In this document: piece after piece, positions 1 to 8,765 of the stretch | Position numbering within the stretch: the stretch's first letter is position 1 | Layout: every line of letters begins with the position of its first letter | IMG/VR virus record: IMGVR_UViG_3300017783_000097 | Location: 1 to 34,808 of that record | DNA: 34,808 nt | Source of the DNA: a virus | Lineage: Duplodnaviria; Caudoviricetes | Strand: one strand, 5' to 3' | The notes under the pieces: model-generated | Databases searched by the model: none | What the model saw: only the letters and a program-made list of their open reading frames with translations | What the model was told of the DNA's origin: nothing | Translations under genes and position numbers: made by a program

Positions 1-176
1 GTTAATGCGGCTAACTCTTTTTTACCAAGTCGCTTTTTTTTATTATGAAATAAGACTTTTTTCCCAATATATGATTTTCCAGTGGGTTTGTGTGTAACTA
101 TATAAACAAAACCAAATGTATTTTCTGGAAATTGAGTGATGTCCCCTATTTTGTGTGTTTTATAGGTCCAACTCAT
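1..176 (-). CDS. GIY-YIG family (Seg-like) endonuclease-like protein, partial (3' end runs off window)
   Basis: Not in the ORF track. Manual translation from ATG at 176 gives MSWTYKTHKIGDITQFPENTFGFVYIVTHKPTGKSYIGKKVLFHNKKKRLGKKELAAL, with a GFVY...YIGKK GIY-YIG signature and no stop before the window edge. Confidence 0.75.
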   Translation of the reverse strand, partial: MSWTYKTHKIGDITQFPENTFGFVYIVTHKPTGKSYIGKKVLFHNKKKRLGKKELAAL

Positions 177-198
177 GTGTTTGTTTTAAAGTTAATAA

Positions 199-230
199 TA
201 AATATAACTAAAAAATTTTAAATTAACAAA
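199..230 (-). promoter_or_regulatory. Bacteroidota-type housekeeping promoter candidate (TTTG-N20-TATATTTA), overlapping an ATATTTAT late-type motif at 198..205
   Basis: The minus strand reads TTTG (230..227), 20 nt, then TATATTTA (206..199), matching the Bacteroides -33/-7 consensus TTTG-N19-21-TAnnTTTG. It lies about 22 nt upstream of the ATG at 176. Confidence 0.55.
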
Positions 231-236
231 TAATTT

Positions 237-1160
237 TTAACTTCCAGGACCATCAGCAAATATAGGCTTAACATAGACATAAGGTGAACTCTCACCATAA
301 AAAGTTGAATCTAATACACCTTCAAAATACCATTTACCTGTTGTGCCCCTTTCTACTCCATTATCTGCTGCGAATGAGGAATCTTGAGCATCTAATATTT
401 GCCAATCACCTGATAATCCCGTAGGGGCTATTGATGGGTTATCAAAAGAATATACTGCCATAGAACAAGTAACATCCGTACCCGATTCAAATGAAGCTGT
501 ATAATTAAAAACTACACTAAAATAAGTTGTGTCATCATAATCAAAACTACCAATACCTGAGGGATTGTTATCAATAGTTCTAAAATTGAAGTAAAAAGAT
601 AGATCTAAACTTCTATCAGAAACACTGGGTGTAAATTTAGAACCTGCTGACCAATCGTCATTATTTGCTTCCCCCGCACTACCTGAGAATTCGTACCATA
701 ATTGGTTATTTCCAAAAGCATCTACACCACTTGAAGCAGTAATTGATGCAGTTTGATTTCCTCCTGACAAAAGCGCACTCCCCTGATCCCAATTTGTAGC
801 TAAAGGAGCTACTGTAAGACTAGAAGGTGTACCAATAGCAGGTGTATACGTTCCAGTTCCAGCTTTTGAATTTTTTGTTATAGAATTAAAACCCTCTTGA
901 GCATCATATTCAAAATTTACATTAGCTTCTTCTAGGCTATAATATAATATTTTATTTTTACCACAACTTTTACCATAAAATTCAGAATAAGCATGAGGTG
1001 CTACTTGATTAACTGGAGTAGGAGTTGCATTTTCATATAATTTAACCATTGATCCTGCTGCTGGGGTTGATGTAGGACCAGAAAGAAAAGCTACTCCTGA
1101 TTCATGACACTCTGCTAGTATCATTGAAGCGCTTAATGGTCCTGAACTTGGTAAAGCCAT
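237..1160 (-). CDS. Putative tail-fibre tip adhesin / fibre-associated protein
   Basis: 307 aa, translationally coupled (TAATG) to the S74-chaperone fibre gene. The N-terminal [10 protein letters not shown]...SEFYGKS module is typical of proteins that follow phage fibres; the C-terminal part is acidic, aromatic-rich and likely beta-rich. Confidence 0.55.
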   Translation of the reverse strand: MALPSSGPLSASMILAECHESGVAFLSGPTSTPAAGSMVKLYENATPTPVNQVAPHAYSEFYGKSCGKNKILYYSLEEANVNFEYDAQEGFNSITKNSKAGTGTYTPAIGTPSSLTVAPLATNWDQGSALLSGGNQTASITASSGVDAFGNNQLWYEFSGSAGEANNDDWSAGSKFTPSVSDRSLDLSFYFNFRTIDNNPSGIGSFDYDDTTYFSVVFNYTASFESGTDVTCSMAVYSFDNPSIAPTGLSGDWQILDAQDSSFAADNGVERGTTGKWYFEGVLDSTFYGESSPYVYVKPIFADGPGS

Positions 1161-1462
1161 TATAATCTAGATTTAAGTTCGTCAATTTGATTTTGTTGTT
1201 CCTTAATTGCTTCAATTAGTAAAGGTATAATTTTTTCATAATTAACTGCTTTATACCCACTATTTCTTGTAGTAACAGCTTCTGGTAAAATACTTTCAAT
1301 TTCTTGGGCTATTACACCTACATCTTTACCTGTATTACCATGTATTGTTTTTCTTTCTTCTTCATTTAATTCTTTCCAATCAAATGTGTTTCCTGTTACA
1401 CCAATTACTTTACATAAAGCATTATCAATTGGTTGAATGTTACATTTTAATCTTCTATCAGA
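1160..1462 (-). other. Peptidase S74 intramolecular chaperone domain (autocleavage expected at S-D of FSTS/DRRLK)
   Basis: SDxRLKxNI and GVIAQE motifs plus a terminal coiled coil. Confidence 0.9.
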
Positions 1463-4400
1463 TGTTGAAAAAGCTACGATATCATTAGTTGCATCAATTC
1501 TACCTACTGTTGCATTTATAGCGTCTTGAGATCCTACTGTTAATGAACCTGTTACAACAGTATTATTCATGTAAGTAACTAATTGACAAACAGCACCAGA
1601 ATCACTTGCAGTAAGGTAAGAACCTATTAAAAATATATCATTACTTACTCCACCAGCAATAGCAGTTAAATCTATACAATTATGTCTTCCACCTAAAATA
1701 CCAGCATGGCTATCAAACATACTAATATAGTTTTTAAATCCTCCCCCTATAACACTTCTTGTTCCTGATGCAGTATTATACATTCCACCTAATATAGAGG
1801 AAAATCCTGAGTCTACACAATTACCACATCCCCCTCCTATTACACTTGCAGGTCCAGTATAGTAACCACCTATGGTATTTCCAATACCACCACCTATAAA
1901 TCCTAGACAATCATTAAGTGTATTATTAAAACCTCCTGCAATTGTAGAACGGTTTGGTTGAGTTGTACCATAATAACTACTTACTGAATTTATTGAATTT
2001 CCTTCTCCAGCAATAAAGTTAGCACAATGATTTGAAGATGTGTTGCTAACACCAAATACTGCTGAAAAACTACCACTTATTGTGTTTGAAGATCCTCCTA
2101 CTACGTTAAATGTTGCCATTTTAGAAGTAACTGTTGATCCAGATATTATATTATTACCCCCACCTATAATAGATGATCCTTTACCATTCCATATGGTATT
2201 ACAACAACCACCTCCTATAAAACTATAATTACTTAAAGAAGATGTATTACACATCCCACCTACAATTGAAGTTTTTTTACTCCCGATACAGTTTCTACAT
2301 CCACCACCTATAAAATTATTTTGACTATTTAATCCGTATATTCCAGCAATACGGTTAAATTTACCACCTCCAATAACATCTGCTCCTTCATAACCCGCTG
2401 TTATATTCTTAAAACCTCCTCCAATAAAACCGTAACAAGATGAATTGGAATTACATCTACCACCAACAATATTTGCATAACTACTACCAGCATAATTATT
2501 ACCACCACCTCCTATAAAAGTTGTTGAAGAATAAGCACTAACTTCATTTTGCTTACCTCCTACAATAACACTTCTACCAGCTGCGTATCCATTAATTAAA
2601 TTTCTACAACCCCCTCCTATGAAGGCCCAACATTCGCATATATTATTTTCTTGGCCACCTACTATGGATGAAAATTTTCCATTTTGGTAATAGCTGTTTC
2701 TACTATTATATCCTATCTGATTAAGACAACCACCCCCAATAAATTTATGTGATATACTATTTCCATAACCATCACTACCTCCTCTAAAACTATTTCGAGT
2801 ACCTCCTACAATTGATGAAAAAGTAGCTGATGCCGTATTTTTAAAGCCTCCTACTATTGATGTAAAATTACCTGATGCAGTATTTGAGAAACCACCTACA
2901 ATTACGGTATTAGATGCTCTTAATACGTTTTTACATCCTGATCCTATAAAATTAAAGTTTCCTGATGCCGTGTTTAATTGTCCTGATCCTATAAAGTTAC
3001 TACTTCCTGAATTTTTAGTGCCTAAACTAAACTGACAAATTTTGTTTCTACAACCGCCTGCTATAACATTAAAACTGAAAGTAGCGTTTTGGTATGATGT
3101 ATTATTTTGTATTGTATTTAAACTACCTCCTAAAATTGATGAATTCGAATCGACTTGGTAACCACTGTAGAAAGAATTAATTGTATTACAAACACCACCT
3201 ACCATTGTATGTCCACTACCCCTACTAGTTATACAGTTTTTACGACCACCAACTACAACATTATAATTACTATTGAGATAATTATAATTATTCATACCAC
3301 CACCCATAAAAGCAGTGCCTCCTTTATTTATATTATTAAATCCACCAACTATTACTGAGTTCCCATAGTAACTTTGATGTTTATTTAGTCTACCCCCAAC
3401 TATTAAAGATGCATTATTACCATAACTTGATATTTCATTTTTACATCCTGTAAAGATACCACCATAATAGGCCTGAGATATTTTATTACAAAACCCAGAG
3501 CCAATTATACTAAAACCAGCATAATAACCTGAGCCCCCATATATATTATTTTGTTTTCCACCTCCAATGAATGTTTTATCACCAGAAGATGTATTTGAAA
3601 TTCCTCCTACAATTGAACTTTCACCACCTGAGTTATAATTACTTTTACCACCTCCTATAAAGCTACATGGTGCTGAACCTGTGTTTTTAGTACCACCTCC
3701 TATAAAACTACAATTTCCTGAAGCTGTATTTAAAGTACCTCCACCTATACTTGAAAAGTTACCATTAGATTTATTAGACCCACTAACTGGTTGTATTCCT
3801 GATGTAAATGAACTTGCATTAAAATATTCATAAGGACCATCTGGGCGACTATTACCCGGTGGGCCTTGTTCACCTGATGTACCTGATGTGCCACTTGTTC
3901 CTGATGTGCCACTTGTTCCTGAAGTGCCACTTGTTCCTGATGTGCCACTTGTTCCTGAAGTACCATTATTTCCGGAAAGAATAAATCCACAAAGATCACC
4001 ATCAGTTAAAACAGCTCCACTACTTTCTGCAGCCGAAGTTGTTGCGCTATAAACTCTTGAATTTGTACCAGTAGTACCATTACTAGTAATATTTAAAACA
4101 ATAAATTTAGTGGGGTCAGAAACTTTATAAATACCTAGTTTTAAATTAGTAGTACCAATTGAAGCTAATAAATTATCTATATCTACAGAATCTGAATTAA
4201 ATTTACTTATATTTAAAAATGTGATATTAGAAGTTGAACTTGTACCTGAACCCAATTGAAATTCTCCTGAAGTCTGAGTACCTGGTGCTGATGTATTATA
4301 TCCATCAAATTCTGATTTAAATAAAAATCCTGTAGGTCCAGTTGGACCTACTGTACCAGGACCAGATGTTCCACTTGTACCTGATGTTCCCAATCCTGAT

Positions 4401-7400
4401 GTTCCTGATGAGCCACTTGTGCCTGAGCCACTTGTACCTGATGAGCCACTTGTACCACTTGAACCTGATGTGCCACTTGATCCAGATGTTCCCGAACCAC
4501 TTGTGCCCGAAGAACCACTAGTACCGCTTGATCCAGATGTACCTGAAGAGCCACTAGTACCACTTGATCCAGATGTTCCTGATCCACTTGTTCCAGATGA
4601 ACCTGATGTTCCACTAGATCCACTAGTACCTGAACCACTTGTTCCAGATGAACCTGATGTTCCGCTTGAGCCACTTGTTCCTGAAGAACCAGACGTACCG
4701 CTTCCTGATGTTCCTGAACTACCGCTTGTTCCACTTGATCCAGATGTACCTGAAGAGCCGCTTGTTCCTGACCCACTTGTTCCAGATGAACCAGATGTAC
4801 CACTTGAGCCGCTTGTTCCTGAAGAACCTGAAGTTCCTGATCCTGATGTTCCACTAGAACCACTAGTTCCGCTTGAACCTGATGTTCCTGATGAACCTGA
4901 AGTTCCTGATCCTGATGTTCCAGAAGAACCACTTGTACCAGATGATCCAGATGTACCACTTCCTGATGTACCACTTGAACCGCTTGTACCAGATGATCCC
5001 GAAGTTCCACTTGAACCACTTGTGCCACTTCCTGACGTTCCAGATGAGCCTGATGTGCCACTAGAGCCACTAGTTCCGCTTGAACCGGATGTTCCTGACC
5101 CACTTGTACCAGATGAACCTGAAGTGCCACTTCCTGAAGTACCACTTGAACCACTTGTACCTGAGCCACTTGTACCTGAAGAACCACTAGTACCACTTGA
5201 ACCAGATGTACCACTTGAGCCACTAGTTCCTGCTTCACCACTTGTTCCACTTGTTCCTGATGTTATTGTTTTCTTTTCAACAGTATTATTACTTGATAAA
5301 ATTAATACATCATTTGAGGTTCCTGTATCAACATCAGAAATATTAAGATGGTTTACAAAAGTTGTGTCTATTTGTGTTGTAGTAATATTTGACCCAAGAA
5401 TAAAAGTATTGGAATGTTTAAGACAGTTAAATCCTCCACCTAAAATTGCGGCCTTACTAACCGAAAAGTCATCTAAAATAGTATTTTGATAACCACCTAA
5501 AATAGTAACAGTACTAAGAGTATTGTTACTTGCTGTTATACTATTTCCATACCCACCAATAATAGAACTAAAAGATATATTACAAGCATTTGATGCAGAC
5601 ATATGGTTATTTTGTCCACCTCCGATAAAGCTACATCCAACCTGACCTTCATGTACAGTCATTTTATTCGAAACACCACCGGCAATAACACTAAATCCAC
5701 TATCTGAGCCACTAATTATATTTAGTCCCCCACCACCAATGTAACTATAATTAGCACTATCAATAAAATTACTTTCACCCCCTCCTATTGCTGAGCAATT
5801 TCCTCCAGAAGTATTATTTGTTCCTCCCCCAATATTTGACATACAACCCGAAGCTACATTTGAACCACTTACAGGTTGAATACCTGTATCTTCATCACCA
5901 ACTACATTGTATTCATAAGGACCCTCAGGTCTATTATCACCACTTGTACCTGATGTTCCAGATGTACCAAATCCGGATGTTCCACTAGAACCAGATGTTC
6001 CTGCTTCGCCACTTGTTCCTGAAGTACCACTTCCTGAAGTTCCCGAGCTACCACTTGTACCACTTGAGCCTGATGTACCTGATCCAGAAGTTCCTGATGA
6101 ACCGCTTGTACCTGCTTCACCACTTGTTCCTGATGTACCACTAGAACCTGAAGTTCCTGTTTCACCACTTGTGCCACTTGATCCTGATGTACCCGAAGAC
6201 CCACTTGTTCCTGATCCTGAAGTGCCACTTGAACCACTTGTACCTGCTTCGCCCGAAGTACCAGATGATCCACTAGTTCCAGATGATCCTGATGTTCCTG
6301 CTTCGCCACTTGTTCCTGAAGAGCCTGAAGTTCCATTTCCTGATGTACCACTTGAGCCTGAAGTTCCTGCTTCGCCACTTGTTCCAGAAGAACCGGATGT
6401 ACCAGATGTACCACTTGTACCACTTCCAGATGTTCCAGAAGAGCCACTAGTACCACTAGAACCAGATGTACCAGATCCTGATGTTCCAGATGAACCGCTT
6501 GTACCTGCTTCGCCACTTGTACCACTAGAACCTGAAGTGCCATTTCCTGAAGTACCAGATGATCCACTTGTTCCTGAAGTTCCATTCCCAGATGTTCCAC
6601 TTGAACCTGATGTTCCAGAAGAACCGCTTGTTCCTGCTTCTCCGCTTGTACCTGAAGAGCCACTTGTACCACTAGAACCTGAAGTTCCGTTCCCAGATGT
6701 TCCACTAGAACCCGAAGTTCCTGCTTCACCACTTGTTCCACTTGATCCTGATGTACCTGAAGAGCCACTTGTACCTGATGTACCATTTCCTGAAGTTCCT
6801 GAAGAACCTGATGTACCCTCTTCACCTGAAGTTCCGCTTGAGCCTGATGTACCACTTGTACCTGCTTCGCCACTTGTTCCTGAAGAGCCACTTGTACCAG
6901 ATGATCCAGATGTTCCATTTCCTGAAGTACCAGATGAGCCACTTGTACCTGCTTCTCCACTTGTACCAGATGTCCCACTTGAACCTGATGTTCCTGCTTC
7001 ACCTGATGTTCCTGATGAACCACTTGTACCTGCTTCACCCGAAGTTCCACTTGAGCCTGATGTTCCACTTGTACCTGATCCACTTGTTCCAGATGTTCCA
7101 TTTCCAGATGTACCTGAAGAACCGCTTGTTCCTGCTTCTCCGCTTGTACCTGATGTACCACTTAAACCTGATGTTCCTGCTTCACCTGATGTTCCTGATG
7201 TTCCTGATGAACCACTTGTACCTGCTTCACCCGATGTTCCTGAAGAGCCACTTGTACCAGATGATCCAGATGTACCATCTCCACTTGTACCAGATGAACC
7301 ACTTGTTCCTGCTTCACCTGAAGTTCCTGATGAACCAGAAGTTCCTGCTTCACCACTTGTACCTGAGGTACCAGATGAGCCACTTGTACCTGCTTCGCCA

Positions 7401-8716
7401 CTTGTACCTGAAGAACCGCTTGTTCCTGAAGATCCAGATGTACCATCTCCTGATGTACCAGAACTTCCTGATGTACCTAAACCACTAGTACCACTAGAAC
7501 CTGATGTTCCTGCTTCACCTGATGTTCCTGATGAACCACTTGTACCTGCTTCACCACTTGTACCTGAAGAGCCGCTTGTTCCTGAAGATCCAGATGTACC
7601 ATTTCCTGAAGTACCAGATGAGCCACTTGTGCCATTTCCTGAAGTTCCTGATGAACCAGAAGTTCCTGCTTCACCTGAAGTTCCAGATGATCCCGAAGTT
7701 CCTGCTTCACCACTTGTACCACTAGAACCTGATGTTCCACTTCCTGATGTTCCTGAAGAGCCACTTGTACCAGCTTCTCCGGATGTTCCACTTGAACCTG
7801 ATGTACCAGCTTCACCACTTGTACCTGAAGAGCCGCTTGTTCCTCCAGCACCACTTGTGCCCACTATATTTACTTTTACTACATCATCTATTGATGCATC
7901 AAGAGTTACTTCTACATCACCTGTAAAATTTATACCTCTAGTATTTCTTTTTATTAAGACATCATCTTCATATATATCTGAAACTGTTAGGTCATCAAAA
8001 AATTCTTGAACTTCAATTTGATAAGCTGCAAATTGTGAAGTTTGTGATAGATTAAGACCTGATGCATTATTTGAATATATAGGTGCTAATGATTCTGTTG
8101 TAGATAAAGATACAATAGCCATTTTTTGACTTGTACCTAAAAATAAAGATGAATCCCAATCATTCTCGTTGCCTTTTTCACCCCAAGTAATAAGATAAGA
8201 AGCTTCATTAGCAGAATTTTTTACATAAAAAGTATCAGTAATGTCATACTTATGAAATACACCTACTTGTTCTGTGCCTCCTATAGCTTGTGCTCCTAAA
8301 ATGGCATATGAACCACTTGGAGATCCTGCTATATAATAACTATCATTACTACCTGTTATATTTCTAACTCTAATATTTCCATTAGGTGCTAATAATGAAC
8401 CTGATTCTAAAAAATAAGTATTTTCTGCAACCCACCATTGAGTAAACTGACTTGAACCATCTTGTAATGCATTTTGGTCTACTGTAATTTCCGCACTAGA
8501 TGGATCAAAAGCTGTAATAGTAGCATAATCTGTAAGCTCCCCAGAGCTTTTAAGTCGTTGCCCTACTTTCATAAGATTCCATGGGACTGGGTCACCAGAT
8601 GTTGTTACTATATTAGTAACTTTGTTATCTCCAGCAGTATAATCTCCCCTTAGATTAGTATACCTTTCAGAAGGTGAAACTGTAAACTGTCCATAAAATA
8701 ATTGTTTTTTGCTCAT
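1160..8716 (-). CDS. Giant tail fibre: GTS/GSS collagen-like blocks, IGGGxxN beta-roll heads, C-terminal peptidase S74 intramolecular chaperone
   Basis: 2518 aa. The C-terminus SDRRLKCNI...FDWK...[17 protein letters not shown]...[18 protein letters not shown] matches S74 chaperones. It has dozens of (F/S)(I/V)xGGxxN repeats and three G-X-Y blocks. Confidence 0.9.
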   Translation of the reverse strand: MSKKQLFYGQFTVSPSERYTNLRGDYTAGDNKVTNIVTTSGDPVPWNLMKVGQRLKSSGELTDYATITAFDPSSAEITVDQNALQDGSSQFTQWWVAENTYFLESGSLLAPNGNIRVRNITGSNDSYYIAGSPSGSYAILGAQAIGGTEQVGVFHKYDITDTFYVKNSANEASYLITWGEKGNENDWDSSLFLGTSQKMAIVSLSTTESLAPIYSNNASGLNLSQTSQFAAYQIEVQEFFDDLTVSDIYEDDVLIKRNTRGINFTGDVEVTLDASIDDVVKVNIVGTSGAGGTSGSSGTSGEAGTSGSSGTSGEAGTSGSSGTSGSGTSGSSGTSGEAGTSGSSGTSGEAGTSGSSGTSGNGTSGSSGTSGNGTSGSSGTSGSSGTSGEAGTSGSSGTSGEAGTSGSSGTSGLGTSGSSGTSGDGTSGSSGTSGSSGTSGEAGTSGSSGTSGTSGEAGTSGSSGTSGEAGTSGSSGTSGDGTSGSSGTSGSSGTSGEAGTSGSSGTSGTSGEAGTSGLSGTSGTSGEAGTSGSSGTSGNGTSGTSGSGTSGTSGSSGTSGEAGTSGSSGTSGEAGTSGSSGTSGTSGEAGTSGSSGTSGNGTSGSSGTSGSSGTSGEAGTSGTSGSSGTSGEEGTSGSSGTSGNGTSGTSGSSGTSGSSGTSGEAGTSGSSGTSGNGTSGSSGTSGSSGTSGEAGTSGSSGTSGSSGTSGNGTSGTSGSSGTSGNGTSGSSGTSGEAGTSGSSGTSGSGTSGSSGTSGSSGTSGSGTSGTSGTSGSSGTSGEAGTSGSSGTSGNGTSGSSGTSGEAGTSGSSGTSGSSGTSGEAGTSGSSGTSGSGTSGSSGTSGSSGTSGETGTSGSSGTSGTSGEAGTSGSSGTSGSGTSGSSGTSGSSGTSGSGTSGTSGEAGTSGSSGTSGFGTSGTSGTSGDNRPEGPYEYNVVGDEDTGIQPVSGSNVASGCMSNIGGGTNNTSGGNCSAIGGGESNFIDSANYSYIGGGGLNIISGSDSGFSVIAGGVSNKMTVHEGQVGCSFIGGGQNNHMSASNACNISFSSIIGGYGNSITASNNTLSTVTILGGYQNTILDDFSVSKAAILGGGFNCLKHSNTFILGSNITTTQIDTTFVNHLNISDVDTGTSNDVLILSSNNTVEKKTITSGTSGTSGEAGTSGSSGTSGSSGTSGSSGTSGSGTSGSSGTSGSGTSGSSGTSGSGTSGSSGTSGSSGTSGSSGTSGSGTSGSSGTSGSSGTSGSSGTSGSGTSGSSGTSGSSGTSGSGTSGSSGTSGSSGTSGSSGTSGSGTSGSSGTSGSSGTSGSSGTSGSGTSGSSGTSGSSGTSGSSGTSGSGTSGSSGTSGSSGTSGSSGTSGSGTSGSSGTSGSSGTSGSGTSGSSGTSGSSGTSGSSGTSGSSGTSGSGTSGSSGTSGSSGTSGSSGTSGSGTSGSSGTSGLGTSGTSGTSGPGTVGPTGPTGFLFKSEFDGYNTSAPGTQTSGEFQLGSGTSSTSNITFLNISKFNSDSVDIDNLLASIGTTNLKLGIYKVSDPTKFIVLNITSNGTTGTNSRVYSATTSAAESSGAVLTDGDLCGFILSGNNGTSGTSGTSGTSGTSGTSGTSGTSGTSGTSGEQGPPGNSRPDGPYEYFNASSFTSGIQPVSGSNKSNGNFSSIGGGTLNTASGNCSFIGGGTKNTGSAPCSFIGGGKSNYNSGGESSIVGGISNTSSGDKTFIGGGKQNNIYGGSGYYAGFSIIGSGFCNKISQAYYGGIFTGCKNEISSYGNNASLIVGGRLNKHQSYYGNSVIVGGFNNINKGGTAFMGGGMNNYNYLNSNYNVVVGGRKNCITSRGSGHTMVGGVCNTINSFYSGYQVDSNSSILGGSLNTIQNNTSYQNATFSFNVIAGGCRNKICQFSLGTKNSGSSNFIGSGQLNTASGNFNFIGSGCKNVLRASNTVIVGGFSNTASGNFTSIVGGFKNTASATFSSIVGGTRNSFRGGSDGYGNSISHKFIGGGCLNQIGYNSRNSYYQNGKFSSIVGGQENNICECWAFIGGGCRNLINGYAAGRSVIVGGKQNEVSAYSSTTFIGGGGNNYAGSSYANIVGGRCNSNSSCYGFIGGGFKNITAGYEGADVIGGGKFNRIAGIYGLNSQNNFIGGGCRNCIGSKKTSIVGGMCNTSSLSNYSFIGGGCCNTIWNGKGSSIIGGGNNIISGSTVTSKMATFNVVGGSSNTISGSFSAVFGVSNTSSNHCANFIAGEGNSINSVSSYYGTTQPNRSTIAGGFNNTLNDCLGFIGGGIGNTIGGYYTGPASVIGGGCGNCVDSGFSSILGGMYNTASGTRSVIGGGFKNYISMFDSHAGILGGRHNCIDLTAIAGGVSNDIFLIGSYLTASDSGAVCQLVTYMNNTVVTGSLTVGSQDAINATVGRIDATNDIVAFSTSDRRLKCNIQPIDNALCKVIGVTGNTFDWKELNEEERKTIHGNTGKDVGVIAQEIESILPEAVTTRNSGYKAVNYEKIIPLLIEAIKEQQNQIDELKSRL
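3854..3964 (-). repeat. Short (GTS)n block containing a near-perfect 18-bp tandem repeat (cctgatgtgccacttgtt x4, 3882..3953)
   Basis: Read directly from the sequence; encodes GTSGTS...GEQGPPG. Confidence 0.9.
4328..5257 (-). repeat. Collagen-like GTS/GSS repeat block 2 of the giant fibre (~310 aa)
   Basis: Units GTSGSSGTS and GSGTS, almost no GEA; ends [12 protein letters not shown]. Confidence 0.95.
5939..7861 (-). repeat. Collagen-like GTS/GSS/GEA repeat block 1 of the giant fibre (~641 aa)
   Basis: Units [12 protein letters not shown] with GNG/GSG/GDG/GLG interruptions; degenerate 9-nt periodic DNA. Confidence 0.95.
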
Positions 8717-8765
8717 TTTAAATTTTGGGAATTAAATTTTTGCAACATTTTAATTTTTTAATTTT

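Noticed and set aside
237-3850. Diversity-generating retroelement target in the fibre or adhesin
   Set aside because: No reverse transcriptase and no template/variable repeat pair differing at adenines was seen in this window.
8717-8765. Possible terminator between the two fibre genes
   Set aside because: The A/T-rich gap lacks a GC stem followed by a U-tract on the sense strand.
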